From Octopus bimaculoides (Eukaryota): a DNA stretch of 64,000 bases. Shown here one piece after another: positions 26,564 through 40,149 of the stretch (position 1 is its first letter; every line of letters begins with the position of its first letter). The notes beneath the pieces were generated by a model. That model searched no databases, was not told where the DNA came from, and worked only from the letters and a program-made list of their open reading frames with translations. The position numbers and the translations under genes are program-made. The DNA lies in contig NC_068981.1 in NCBI RefSeq assembly GCF_001194135.2, positions 123,337,438 to 123,401,437 of the forward strand. Direction: 5' to 3'.

Positions 26564-26789
26564 ACTTATAATAGCAGTACAGCATCAACCAATGTCTATA
26601 GGGAGAAGTTTCAGTAGAGTATGTAGAATTCAATATGAAACAATGGCACACATTGTTGCAAAATGTCCCAAGTTGGTTCAAAAAGCATTTAAGAAATTAG
26701 AGGCATGACCATGTTGTGAAAGTTTTTCACTGGAAGAAGAAATATCAAGAACTAGAAAACATGTATGGGAACAAGAACGTATGGAGAGG

Positions 26790-27110
26790 GTAAAGGAAAC
26801 GAGGCTAAATGTAAACCTTGAAGAGCTGAAACAAGTATTGCAGGTTAATGCATATCAGGAGATATGACCAAACAATTGAACAATATAAAATCAACAATTT
26901 GTTCCAACAACCTGAATGGAAATGATAACAGTAGCGAGAAACCGGACGCTGAAGAAGGTGGGCAGTTTTGGAATAAAATCTGGGATAATAGAAGAAAGCA
27001 TAATGAAGACGTTGAATGGATGAAGGAATTAAGGTCGGAGAAACATGAAGTGAAACCAAGCAATATAAGAATAACAGCTTAAATGGTGACCGAGCAGTCA
27101 ACAAAGATCC
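26790..27110 (+). mobile_element. Dong/R4-clade retrotransposon internal fragment (region upstream of the RT)
   Basis: ORF text EKPDAEEGGQFWNKIWDNRRKHNEDVEWMKEL...NIRITA, similar to the minus-strand segment near 51600-51750. Confidence 0.65.
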
Positions 27111-27559
27111 TAAGGAGCTAATATAGAAAGTACAAACAAAACCGATGTAGTTCATTCAAACTATGCGTATGTGTGTGTGTGTCCGTACGTGCGTGTGTGC
27201 GCGTGAATGTATATTGTGCATGTACATATTCTCGTAATACACAAATATGTACCCCAAAGCATGCATTATGATTAGTATTTCTGAGGTAGAATCATTTTCG
27301 CCAAAAGTGCTTAATAAGTACTGATATTATGAATTACTTGAAGAAAAGACATCTGTCTATAGAATGAAAAATATAGAGTAAATCACATGTTCTGAACGAT
27401 ATAGAGAAAATGCTTAATATTAGAATGTTTCTTTATTACAGAACATTTTTCGAAGCTTAAGCTCTATTTAGGGATTCTTAATATTAATAGATGCACAAAA
27501 ATGCCATGCAAGGTAATAAAAGGAGACAGACCCTTATATGTGTGTGCACGTGTGCGTTT

Positions 27560-27636
<77 letters not shown>
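27560..27636. repeat. (GT)n microsatellite
   Basis: Read directly. Confidence 0.95.
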
Positions 27637-27637
<1 letters not shown>

Positions 27638-28244
27638 ATCAATGTATGGATTTATTGAACAATATGAGTAAAAGAATTGTAGGGGCTGCCATGCGCTTGC
27701 AAATTGGTGTTAAATCGAGAAAGGCAGTAGTCACGAATGGGTACCCGTACGGATTTAATATACTACATATAGATACGATAACATATTCTTACAGATTCGC
27801 TTAAAGTTCACAATTACATAAAGAGTAACAGGTTAGATAACTTTATATCATTTCAAATTATGTTACTTACATGGCTAAACGGAAATTTCACAACAACAAA
27901 AGAAGGATGTGTAGATTATTCCACATACAAAAAGCATTTCTGTTTCTTACTCATGGGGCTGCACAAATCTGGAAGAAACTATAAATAAACTTAAAACGAA
28001 GTAAGGTATCATATTAACTCCCTAGCTATCAACACTTCGTATTCATTTAGCGGCAGTTATTTCATTGTGCCATCGTATATCGTTTACTCACTGCTGGACC
28101 GTCAGCCTACATTTAAGAAGCTAGCCTCAGAGACAAGTTACTATGAATATTTCATTGATGGCATTTATTATAAATTACAATGCTACTTTTTAAAATTAAT
28201 TGGACCAGACAGTAACAATGACCCACTGTTAAGCTACGAACTGC

Positions 28245-28440
28245 TTGCTTGCTTACTTCCTGCATCATGCTCTTCCTTGACGGGGCCTGGGTCATCCCAT
28301 GTGAGTTGTCCCACAGGCTACATCGTGCGTAGAGCCGACCAGGTCTACCAGTGCTCCCCATCGCGGGTGATTCCGCATCATCCCTCTGCATCACCCAAAA
28401 TAACGTGGATCCTCAGGAGTGTGGAAATATTTTGAGAATA
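28245..28440 (-). mobile_element. Probable LINE (RTE-like) 3' end fragment
   Basis: GC-richer island. A minus frame gives MRNHPRWGALVDLVGSTH, resembling the R..W..LV end of RTE ORFs, followed by an (AAGC)n tail. Confidence 0.35.
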
Positions 28441-29200
28441 GATAGGAAAAGGTTTCTTTATTTGCGGCACTGGAATGGAATGTAATTTATGGTGAATATA
28501 TTTGTACTTTGTTCCACAATATTTTCAATTTAAAGACAAAAGATTGCTGCAAACATATAATTATCTGAATGATATTGATATATGTCCAAGGTTGACATTT
28601 TGGTGGTAACTATATTCAAATAGATAGCTACAATATTTGTGTGATAATTATTTTATCTGCCCTTGTACAAAGAAAATTTCACATGAATGTTAGAGTGACT
28701 CAGGACGCAGTAGTATGGTAGGTCAAAAATATCGCAGAGCTATTATTAGGCACATTTTGCTGATAATCCACCAAACTAGATCAACAGAAAATATTTTGAA
28801 GTAATTATGGCGTAATTATATTGAAAATAATCCCATTAGTATCTGCTTTCATTGGAGATGTACAGTGCTTAAATGTGTATTCAAAGTTAAGATGCAAATT
28901 CAATATATCTCATATTAATAGGAGGAAAACAAGATGATACATCAATACTAGGCGAAGTATTATATAAATATTATTTCAAAGCCAGTCCCAGCATGCTAAT
29001 ATCTAAAGAGGTAGGAGTTGCTAAATTCGCAAAGCAAATATTGTTTCATGGAAAGCTTTTAGCGAAAATAGGGTCTCACTGTAATGCCATCTTGAAATGT
29101 CCATTAAGAACAGATTGGGCAAGATAAGTTAATAAGCAAGCAAACAGAGAAAGGAAGGGGACAACAATTATATCAATATATCGGTATCTCTTCTCCATTT

Positions 29201-29252
<52 letters not shown>

Positions 29253-29302
29253 ACACACACACATACATATATATTCATACATANNNNNNNNNNNNNNNNN
29301 NN

Positions 29303-29338
<36 letters not shown>

Positions 29339-29710
29339 AGTATGTTTGTGTATGTATATATATGTTTATTTATGTATATGTTAATTTATTTGTTTGTGTG
29401 TGTCTGCCTGTGCGTGTTTGTGTGTTTGAAATATGTAATTCTTTCGCTAGGAAATTCAAATGAATCGAATGTATAGGATTTGTCCATAGTCTTCTTTGAA
29501 GATCAGTGTTAACAAATAAAATAAAGGTGCAATATTTTAAAAGATAGAAATCAAATTATCTCCACCCACTCCGTCTCATTTTCTCTCTTTATGCAATTAT
29601 GTGTGCGCGTTGGCAAAACCTACCGAAGTAAACGGTAATTAATATTTTTTAGATATTTTAATGATGAAGACTCAGCAACGGGCTTGAGACGAACATATTT
29701 AAAACATCCA

Positions 29711-29990
29711 ATGATACTCTTTACCTCACGTAACCCGAAAGACATTAGGACAAATATCTCTCTTAAATTAGCAAAAAGGATATGCATAATGGCAACCGGT
29801 TTAATTCAAGAACGTATAAATATACTCATCGGCAAACACTGTCACCATATTTAATAGATGATTGACTACAATAAGTCGAGACATGTATTGCGGACATACG
29901 GAGGCTAGTAAAACTAAATGAAAAGACTGAATTGAAACAGTTTTTATATGTCTTCTCGTACAATGTTAGAAACAACGTTAACTATATTAG
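29711..29990 (+). mobile_element. Penelope-like element RT C-terminal (thumb) remnant
   Basis: Manual translation MILFTSRNPKDIRTNISLKLAKRICIM, and later YVFSYNVRN, resembles the recalled Penelope YL.F.S.HP.HT..NIP..LA.RIC motif. Confidence 0.55.
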
Positions 29991-31365
29991 TCTACAAAAT
30001 ATAAAGGACTCCAAGATGAGTTTCATTCTAGTAACGCAAAAAATTATAAAACTTAAATGACAGCCATAATCATTAAAAGGAATAATTATTTATGTAAATT
30101 AAAAGTCAGCAAAAACAGAACCAACAGTAAAATATTCTGGATGATCGAACAGAATTTTCCGTTAATTGTCAGAAGTTTCCAAATTCCATTTTAGGATAGA
30201 ACAATATTTTGAAATAAAAATACTATCATCTGTTATTTTGGAATTATTTATTTAATAACTTGTTCAGAATGTTGAGTGAATCATGTTGGGCGAAATCTCA
30301 ACGTCCTGAAGAAAACGAATGATACTGTATAGGGAACATATACAATTTCTCAGTAACAAACAAATATCACTCAATAAAGATATAGTGACATGCGTAGTGA
30401 ATCAGTGACTAAATATTTTTGCTTTAAATTTCATTTGTATCATATCATCGTAGAAATAGAATATCTGAAGGGGAAACAAAGAGACTATAGATATTTGAAT
30501 CTAACAACTACGCTTAAATATAGAGATTTAATTAATTACCAATTATATTTATCATTATTAATTGACGTAAATGATTATCCCACGTAGTACCTCAGCTCTT
30601 ACTGGTAATAACAATAACTCATTACCTAACTCATTATGGAATTAATAACTTAAAGCTACATGACTACAACTAATGGAGAAAGGGAATTTTACAAGCATCA
30701 TTAAATATAGCATCATGGTTACTGTTAAATATATTGAACACTTTAGAATATATAAAAACATTATATATAGTAGATAAAACTTCCCTGTAAAATATCAGTG
30801 CATCTGCATCTTCTCTACTTTCAATGTGTGCGTGTGCGTGCGCGCGCGTATGTGTGTGTGTGAGTTTATATATCTGCCTGTCTGTCTGTATATATGTGCG
30901 TATAATCATTTTACCGTTTCCCCCTTTTTGCGTAAAGTGACAGTGGAATATCACGACAGTGAAATATCAACAGAAGTGAAGAGAGATTGTATTAAGATGG
31001 AGAGAAGAGAAATATCTAAGTCTATAGATTAAAATGATTTTAAAAGTAAACTACTACAAATTTGAGCCACGGACGTAATCAGTAACGACGAGACTGTACT
31101 TTTCAGGTATATTGTTGATCTTGGAAAAGTTGAACGCAAAATAGACATATAACGACATAACTATCTATTAATTCTAATATCTTGAATTTGTTGCTAGATA
31201 AAACTGTGAATGCATGTGGTGACCGCATTCCTTTGTCAATATCTATTATATCGATCCCTTAAATATGAAATATAAAGCTGACCGTGGCCAGTTTCAAAAT
31301 CAGATCTTGTGCTACGCTACCGTTGTCGTATTTTAGTCATTATACATGTAATATTACAAGCAGGA

Positions 31366-31796
31366 AGGTGACGAACTGGCAGAAACGTTAGCGCGCCAGG
31401 AGAAATGCTTAGCGGCATTTCGTCTGCCGTTACGTTCTGAGTTCAAATTCCGCCGAGGTCAACTTTGCCTTTCATCCTTTCGGGGTCGATTAAATAAGTA
31501 CCAGTTACGAACTGGAGTCGATATAATCGACTTAATCCCTTTGTCTGTCCTTGTTTGTCCCCTCTATGATTAGACCCTTGTGGGCAATAAAAAAATAAGA
31601 AACGTTAACACGCCGGTGGAAATGCTTAGCGGTATTTCGCCTGTCTTCACATTCTGAGTTCAAATTCCGCCGAGATCGACTTTGCCTTTCATCCCTTCGG
31701 GGTCGATAAATTAAGTACCAGTTACGTACTGGGATCGATCTAATCGACTGGCCTCCCTCTCCCCAAATTTCGGACCTTGTGCCTAGAGTAGAAAAG
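31366..31796 (+). mobile_element. Dimeric SINE (two family-A monomers) with 16-bp TSD
   Basis: Left monomer about 31366-31597 and right monomer about 31598-31796. They are flanked by AATATTACAAGCAGGA (31350-31365) and AATATTACAAGTAGGA (31797-31812). Confidence 0.9.
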
Positions 31797-32042
31797 AATA
31801 TTACAAGTAGGATTTAGCAAATATTACAGGGAAACAACATAAGTGGGATATGAAGACTGTAGTATGATTTCATCTATTGAAAATTAATATTGAAATGTCA
31901 TCTCAGCTGGAAGTTTTTCTTCTACTTCAGTGAAATATATTATTGGCATATTCCATTTCAAATATAATGAAAGCAAGGATGGGTATATACGTAGACACAC
32001 ATGTCTGTGACCGTGTGCGCATAATATATTCATTCATAGACT

Positions 32043-32088
<46 letters not shown>

Positions 32089-32098
32089 NNNNNNNNNN

Positions 32099-32156
<58 letters not shown>

Positions 32157-32718
32157 CATACACTTATATACATATATATATTATACTTATAAATGTGTTG
32201 TGTGAATTAACGTGCCCGTATGTTCATGTGTGCAAATATATAAATATCAAGAGACCAACACAAAGAGTGGGGTGGTGTAAGTATGAAACGAAACTCTCAT
32301 AAATACCTGCAAGAGAAATGTCAGAACGAAAAGATGTGCAAAGCAGAAGAGATATACATAAGGAAATAAATAGCATAAAGTCCAACTTAATATATCAAAG
32401 AGTAAGTGTTCAAATTTGTCATAGGGCGATTCCGGATACAAAGTATTATGATATATGAAGTTAAATAATCTTTGTAATAAGTTGAGTATACGCTGCTAGG
32501 ACTTGACAAAGAAAATAAATCACTATATAATAGATTTCTGTATTTCGAAAACAGATACATATGAACGGAGTCTGGTGAGAATTCTATAGATTAATACACG
32601 CAGTTTTCTTGAGTCATTTGGCATTTTCCTTTATTCTACGCTTAGAGAGACAGATATTCATAAACTCACCCGCACGCAAACACACACATTTAAATATTTA
32701 TATACATTTACATACACT

Positions 32719-32763
<45 letters not shown>

Positions 32764-32917
32764 TTATATTTATAAGCATAAAAACACATGCATACATGTA
32801 TGACTGAATATGTATGTGCGTGTGTGTCTGTGTGTCAGTATCTGTCTGTGTGTATGTGCAAGTATGTGTGTGTGTATGTGTGCGTGTGTGTGTATGTGAC
32901 TGAGTAGGCTTATGTTA

Positions 32918-32972
<55 letters not shown>

Positions 32973-33099
32973 AACACGACTAAGTTCGGATGTCATTTGT
33001 TATATCAAGAATCTAGTGTCTGTGTAGCACATCCCGCATTGTTCTTTTAGAACAATAAAATACATGTGCTCTTCTTAATTAAAATTTCTAGCCTGTAGC

Positions 33100-33320
33100 A
33101 TCCTCCTTAGAAATTGCTGCGTTTTCGACTTCTTTGCAGTCATTTTTATAGTGAGCACCCCATATTCATACAGATGTAGACGCCAGAATTTAAGTGGTAG
33201 TGTTTTGATTAACGGTGTAATCAACCCTTTAGTTACTGGAACGCAGAACAGAATAAGCCATCACTAAATATTTTGCTTAGTATATCCCACTCTTCTGCCG
33301 TTCCTGCCATTTATGGCATT
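33100..33320 (-). mobile_element. Very old CR1/L2-type LINE remnant
   Basis: A minus frame gives IWGAHYKNDCKEVE, resembling the VWSPHYKKDI..LE motif C-terminal to CR1/L2 RTs. Confidence 0.3.
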
Positions 33321-35399
33321 GTTCTCTATTCATACACTTGTATTTGAAAATCTTGTTCCAAGAGTGCTGTAAGAAAATGTCGGACTATAACGTAGGATAT
33401 ATTTGAACGTAGAATATATTTGAATGTAGAGAAGAAAATAAATGATACCATAATGAAATTAGATGAAATAATATATTTAAACAAACGAGCAAATATATTG
33501 GTCGTTTTCAAACACACTAATTTGTAAAATATTGATCTTAAATTCTCACTATAAATTATATTTTTTCTTAGGTAATCTGAAAATTTTAATTACTATATTT
33601 ATTTTATTGCATGTAACTTGAAACGGCAAGTAAAGACTTAATTTAATATATATCAAAAATAGATATATATTTCAAACACTTTGAAGATATTCGTACTTAA
33701 CTTTTAAGAGTTTACACATATATTAGAATTTAGCTTGCAGGTGTCATTATTGAAAATATTTTTCAAATTATTCCTAAATAGAAAATATATCAATCTTCCA
33801 TCAGAAGTTATTTTCTCCAAACATATATCATGTCAGTAATTATNNNNNNNNNNNNNNNNNNNNNNNNNNNNNNNNNNNNNNNNNNNNNNNNNNNNNNNNN
33901 NNNNNNNNNNNNNNNNNNNNNNNNNNNNNNNNNNNNNNNNNNNNNNNNNNNNNNNNNNNNNNNNNNNNNNNNNNNNNNNNNNNNNNNNNNNNNNNNNNNN
34001 NNNNNNNNNNNNNNNNNNNNNNNNNNNNNNNNNNNNNNNNNNNNNNNNNNNNNNNNNNNNNNNNNNNNNNNNNNNNNNNNNNNNNNNNNNNNNNNNNNNN
34101 NNNNNNNNNNNNNNNNNNNNNNNNNNNNNNNNNNNNNNNNNNNNNNNNNNNNNNNNNNNNNNNNNNNNNNNNNNNNNNNNNNNNNNNNNNNNNNNNNNNN
34201 NNNNNNNNNNNNNNNNNNNNNNNNNNNNNNNNNNNNNNNNNNNNNNNNNNNNNNNNNNNNNNNNNNNNNNNNNNNNNNNNNNNNNNNNNNNNNNNNNNNN
34301 NNNNNNNNNNNNNNNNNNNNNNNNNNNNNNNNNNNNNNNNNNNNNNNNNNNNNNNNNNNNNNNNNNNNNNNNNNNNNNNNNNNNNNNNNNNNNNNNNNNN
34401 NNNNNNNNNNNNNNNNNNNNNNNNNNNNNNNNNNNNNNNNNNNNNNNNNNNNNNNNNNNNNNNNNNNNNNNNNNNNNNNNNNNNNNNNNNNNNNNNNNNN
34501 NNNNNNNNNNNNNNNNNNNNNNNNNNNNNNNNNNNNNNNNNNNNNNNNNNNNNNNNNNNNNNNNNNNNNNNNNNNNNNNNNNNNNNNNNNNNNNNNNNNN
34601 NNNNNNNNNNNNNNNNNNNNNNNNNNNNNNNNNNNNNNNNNNNNNNNNNNNNNNNNNNNNNNNNNNNNNNNNNNNNNNNNNNNNNNNNNNNNNNNNNNNN
34701 NNTATATACATGTTTGCATGTATGTATGTTTATGCCGGTGTGTGTACAGTTGTGTATAGAAGCTGTTCGTGGAGACGTATGTTTTCCAACAAGATCTATC
34801 GACGAAAGGTGGAAATAAGCACGGTAAAAAAAGACAGAGATCTGTGAAGAAATTCAAGATATCTGATTTGCAACAAATACCCATGTCACACTCGACTCGA
34901 CGGCAAACTCCTAAATATTATTCCTAACAGTGCTTGAATATATAACATCGTTACCACCTTTACTTTTGCAACATCAGTAACTTGATACATTACCGACAAA
35001 ATTTGCCTGATGACACGCAAATACACAGAAATATTGGAGCTAACACTTTCACACCGCTGTTTGATGCTTTTTGTCTGCTACAGGCACCCCCGTGCTTTTT
35101 AGCATTACACGTCTATGCGAGATGCATTCTGAAGACAAATACAGCTCTGCTATGGCTTTCTTACAGTATATTCACGATAATTGCAAAATATTCCTAGAGT
35201 GATGTAAGAAAACTTCAGACCAGAATATATTTGAATGTATAGAGTACACAGAAAGAATTAAATTAATTTAAGTATTTAAACCAACGATCTAATGATGTGT
35301 TCATTTTGAAAAACACTAATTCGTAAAATGTTAATCATAATATTTTTAATTTTAAATTATGATTTTTATCGTGAACTTTCGTCGTGTCCTGAAAAGGTT

Positions 35400-35600
35400 C
35401 TGGCTTTAAGGATATCGCGAAGACTTGGTTGGCGGCTCAAACTTCCGAGTTCTTTTACAGGTCTTAGAAAAACTGAAAGAACGTTATAATAAGTGTGTGA
35501 ATATATAAGCGGAATATGTTGAATAAAATCATAATTAACCGATCCTCCTGCATTTTCTTTTACCCAAAACCAGGAACATTTCAGTATCCCCTTGTGTGTA
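35400..35600 (+). mobile_element. mariner 3' end fragment
   Basis: Frameshifted KDIAKTWLAAQTSEFF..LEKLKERYNKCVNI..EYVE*, matching mariner C-termini (G..KL..RW.KC....GEYVE). A TIR-like AGGAACATTTCAGTATCCCCTTG follows. Confidence 0.6.
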
Positions 35601-36079
35601 TATGTATATGTATGTGTGTGTGTGTGTATGTGTGTGTCTGTGTATGTGCGTGTATGCGTGTTTGCATGCCTATATGTATATACTATGTATGTACGCTCTC
35701 TTCTACTTTTACTCATTTGGTGTCTTCCACTTAAGCCGGAGCTTGTTTCTAACAAAGATATAAAGCTCTGTCATCGGAACGTCGACAGCAAACAAAGTGT
35801 CATCATTTTTACAGTCCTACTTGCAGATTGTTAACTAGTTGACTTCTTTTTCTGAAATCCCCAGGTTTTCTAGATTTCCGTTTACGCAGTTACTCACAAA
35901 ATTAAGTTCACCGGTTATGATTGGCATAATCAATAAACTCAGTATAAGTGTTGAAGGTTTTCATGTTTGTTTGAATTTTTCATAGAGAATTAATGGGAGA
36001 AATGAATTCTCAGTGTATTTCTTCAACGAGTATTGCGAGTCTTTATTTTCAAATTTGACATACCACTACTTAATTGAGT

Positions 36080-36833
36080 CAATGAGTTCCTCACAAACAT
36101 TCTGTGTCTAATCGCATGCAGCGAGTGAATGTATGCTCTTCATTTCTGTCACGCCACACGAATGACCTTTTCTTGAACCGAATAGTGACTGGTGACGAGA
36201 TATGGGCTCTTTATAAAAATGTCAAGCGCCGAAGACAGCGGGTAGGGAACGGAGAAACACCGGCACCCCAAGCTAAAGAAGGTCGTCTTCACCCACGTAA
36301 GGTGTTGTTATCTGTTTGGTGGGATATGAAAGGTTTAGTCCACATTGAACTTCTAAACCTAAAACAAGTGATAACAAAGGAGATCTACAGCGAGCTGCTT
36401 GAGCGGCTTCAATCAGTGCTTGAAGAAAAATGACCATCTTTGGTTTTAAGATGATAGGTGTTCTTCCATCGGGATAATGCTCGGTCACATACAGTGAGGA
36501 TGACATACCAAAGGCTGGAGCAGTTTGAATGTGAAACGATGCCCTACCCACCATATTCGCCGAACATTGCTCCATCTGATTATCATTTATTCCGTAGTCT
36601 TCAAAATCATTAGGACGGAAAAAATATGAATTCTATAGACGAGGTAAAAACAGTACTGGAGGAGTATTTTTCGTCACGAACAAGTGAATTTGGAAGTGGG
36701 TCCTTGCAAGTCTACCAGATATATGGAAGAATATTGTAGAAAATAAAGGAAAGTATATTTTAGATAAAAAATTTAACTTTTGGAAAATAAAAGAAGTTTT
36801 AAAAAACCGCATTGATTATCGGATGACCCAATA
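36080..36833 (+). mobile_element. mariner transposon, catalytic domain plus 3' TIR (pseudogenised D,D34D transposase)
   Basis: VPH, IVTGDEIW, HPRKVLLSVWWD, HRDNARSH and YPPYSPNIAPSDYHLFRSLQN. The second and third catalytic Asp codons at 36473 and 36578 are 35 codons apart (D34D). In-frame stops are present, and it ends in TIR-like GCATTGATTATCGGATGACCCAATA. Confidence 0.9.
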
Positions 36834-38179
36834 AATTTTGTATATATCATGTATGTTTTTATCCCATCCTTATATTTCTAGTGGATCAAGAATGATAATA
36901 GCACCCCTTTCAAAACTTTTAGATTGTTAATATATATAATTAGGCAGCCTTTTAGCAATGTATCACCAAAAAGGAAAACTATAATTGTCATTAAATATGA
37001 CAAGTGTGTTATAACACATACAATGCTAGAAATAAGAGCTAAAGTGCACTGATGTTACAGTCAACGCACACAATTGTACACATATATACTGACAGCGGCT
37101 GTAAACGTCCAAAAGTAATAGTCGTGATACATATATGTGTGTGTGTGTGTGTGTGTGTATACATACATATATATATATANNNNNNNNNNNNNNNNNNNNN
37201 NNNNNNNNNNNNNNNNNNNNNNNNNNNNNNNNNNNNNNNNNNNNNNNNNNNNNNNNNNNNNNNNNNNNNNNNNNNNNNNNNNNNNNNNNNNNNNNNNNNN
37301 NNNNNNNNNNNNNNNNNNNNNNNNNNNNNNNNNNNNNNNNNNNNNNNNNNNNNNNNNNNNNNNNNNTGTGCACCGAATGTGATCCGTATAGACTTTTGTG
37401 GATTGCATTCAGTGCACAGCCACGAGTCAACAAACCAAACCTAACTAGCATTGAAACATTGCATATAAGTACTTACAAAACAGAGATCATGTGCGTAGAT
37501 TCTCTTACGCCGGAGTTGTAGCCACGTCTCTTGAAATTAGGTCCCATTAACGTAAAGTGAGTAAGATATATTGGATAAGGCAGTATTACCCAAATATAAC
37601 TGGATATCTAGATAGAAGCATTAGAATGACTATGTCTGTTCAACATCAGTGTGGCTCATGGTTGATCTTAAGCGAACCAACAACTACAACCTGAATCCAG
37701 TTTTGCAGATTTGATGGATCGATCATTTATTTACTCTACGATCATTGATCTTTTCTGTGGAAAAAAACCACTTGCAGCAGTAGGCAAACATCTCATTTCG
37801 AAGATGTGATTCTCAACTGCTTAATCCAATGAAATCGAACGAGAAGCAGTGAATTTGTGGATACTTGTTTGAGAAGTGTTTGAGAAGTAGTAAATATTGA
37901 ATATCATTCAACACACATAGATAGTTTCATAGTAGAGTTAACGGTTTTAGTAATCGAAAGTTATCTATATTGATTGCAGCAAGTAAACTCTCAAATTTCA
38001 TCGCCTCGCTTCATGTTAGATAATTATAAATTAACAATTTTCTTGTGATCATCATAAGAATTGTATAATAATAAAACAGTGCTATTATTTAAAATTCAGC
38101 CAAGCTATTACATTTCTTATTGTATTATGAGAAATGTATCGCTTTCAACAGGGAATTGTTCTGGGGCCATTACTGTTCA

Positions 38180-39228
38180 TAATAGCCTCTTAGACATGCC
38201 CATTGTCACTCGGACAGCCATTGTCACTAGCTATGCCGATGACACAAAATTATCACAGGCAATAAAAAAAAATGAGGATATTACAAGCCTACAGCGGTAC
38301 ATGAACTCAATATACAAGCAGGCCGAAATAAACAACAAGCAGTTTAATGCTGGAAAATTTCAAGCACTGCACTACAAACTCAGTACAAATACAATACAAT
38401 GTACATTTAGAGGACATGAAGGCACTACAATCCCAGAGTCACAGGCAGTGAAAGTCTTGGGAATCAGCATGTGCAATGACGCATCATTTAATATGCACAT
38501 AAGCAAGATGGCAGCAAAATGCAGACAACTGGCAGGATGGATACTGAGGTCTTTCAAGAGACCAAGAAAGTATGTTGAACCAGTGGAGAACCTTTGTTCT
38601 CAGCCGCCTGGACTACTATTCCCGGTTATGGTCATCACATAGTGCCAAACTAACAGCGGAGCTTGAAGCAGTCCAACGCCACTACACTAAAAAGATTGAA
38701 ACAATGCAGTGTATGAATTATAGGGATAGGCTTAGAAACTACAAGTCTACCCATTGGACCGAAGGTGTGACATGTACGCAATGATATACATATGGAATAT
38801 CCTAGTACCTAACTTTGGCATTGAGTTTTATACAAATGCCAGAACTGGCTGTCATTTGCATTGTAGTAAAGGTACCGTCCACTCCATCTAAATTCAGGAC
38901 AAGGTATTGCAATAGTCTATTATTGAAAGGCCCACGGCTTTTCAATATCCTGCCACAAAAATTAAGAGATTTGCATAAGTTAGAAGTAGATGTCTTCAAA
39001 AAGGAATTAGACGTCCTTCACAATGCCGAATGAACCAACAGCCCGACATGTGGTGCAAACGAGGGCTGCGGAGTCAAACTCAATTATACATCAAATGTAC
39101 CAACAGCTGGGTAAAAGGCACATACAGGAGGGGATGTGAAACACCCAGACTGAGGAAGTCAGAAGACCATAGTGGTGCTCCAGCATAACCACAACCGCAT
39201 GGCTGAAACGAGTAAAAGAGTAAAAGAG
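38180..39228 (+). mobile_element. CR1/L2-group LINE, 5'-truncated (RT C-half, frameshifted) with 3' tail
   Basis: YADDTKL...QFNAGKFQALHY...VKVLGI...CRQLAGWILRSF / FVLSRLDYYSRLWS...LEAVQRHYTKKI / KGPRLFNILP...VDVFKKELD. The tail is GGTGCTCCAGCAT...GCTGAAACGAGTAAAAGAGTAAAAGAG. Confidence 0.85.
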
Positions 39229-39399
39229 GAATACTCAATCGAAACCGCATTTAAATAATAAATTGTCGCAATGAAACATTCAAAAGTATTCTCCACCCTC
39301 CATTCTTCATCATATATCAGCTTTCCAAATATCCAAATACCTTTACAATGTATAAGAGACGATGGATTTAACGGTTTTGTTTTGTCAGAATTTTTTCGT

Positions 39400-39551
39400 G
39401 GAGGCACATGACCTAGTGGTTAGTGCTGCGGGGAAAGTGGGAAACCTATACGCTAAGTATACATATACGTCCAGGTGGGGAACCTATACGTCAATGAAAC
39501 CGGGAAACCGGCCCTTATGGGCCAGGCATGGCGCGAGAAGGAACAAACAAC
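39400..39551 (+). mobile_element. Internally deleted tRNA-headed SINE, family C
   Basis: The A-box-like head GGAGGCACATGACCTAGTGGTTAG is joined to a tail CCAGGTGGGGAACCTATACG...GAAACCGGGAAACCGGCCCTTATG...GAAGGAACAAACAAC. Recognised from memory of Octopus repeats. Confidence 0.5.
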
Positions 39552-39935
39552 AGAATGTTTCAAAAATTAAAGCATAGATGCGAAGGAAACATTTTATTAC
39601 AACATTTTATTTTCGTTAACGTATCCTACTACATGCTGCTGCAACCGACTTCATAATAAATGTGTGGGGGATAATTTTGATTAAAAGCCTTCAGATCGCT
39701 ATAGAAGAAAGTTTTGAAAGTGGAAATTTGAAGTGATATATCGAGAGGTACAGTCATCAATATATTCTTCTGCCTTGTGTATCGATACATTGTATTTATT
39801 AGTAATATACATGCAACGAAACTCCATTTTCTTTTATTAAAATTGTTTCTCTGACAGAGAAGTTTGTTAAAATTCACTTTAACCAATCAAATCACTTCCT
39901 ACATTCTACTGCATGTCGCACAACAACGTTTCGAA

Positions 39936-39936
<1 letters not shown>

Positions 39937-40008
<72 letters not shown>

Positions 40009-40032
40009 CGTGTATAAGAGAGAGAGAGAGAG
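39937..40032. repeat. (GT)n + (GA)n microsatellite
   Basis: Read directly. Confidence 0.95.
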
Positions 40033-40149
40033 AGCTCGTGTGTGTATATATATATCGCGCACGAATGTATATAGTAGGACATCGCTATACGATTGCTTTG
40101 TCTTCCTTCTATGACATTCCACTCAAATAATAGCTCTATATATTGTATC

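Noticed and set aside
870-37521. Long ORFs in the track (for example 9563-11023, 21853-22914, 24213-25352, 33808-34884)
   Set aside because: They are open only because they cross N-runs and TA/CA microsatellites, and carry no real coding content.
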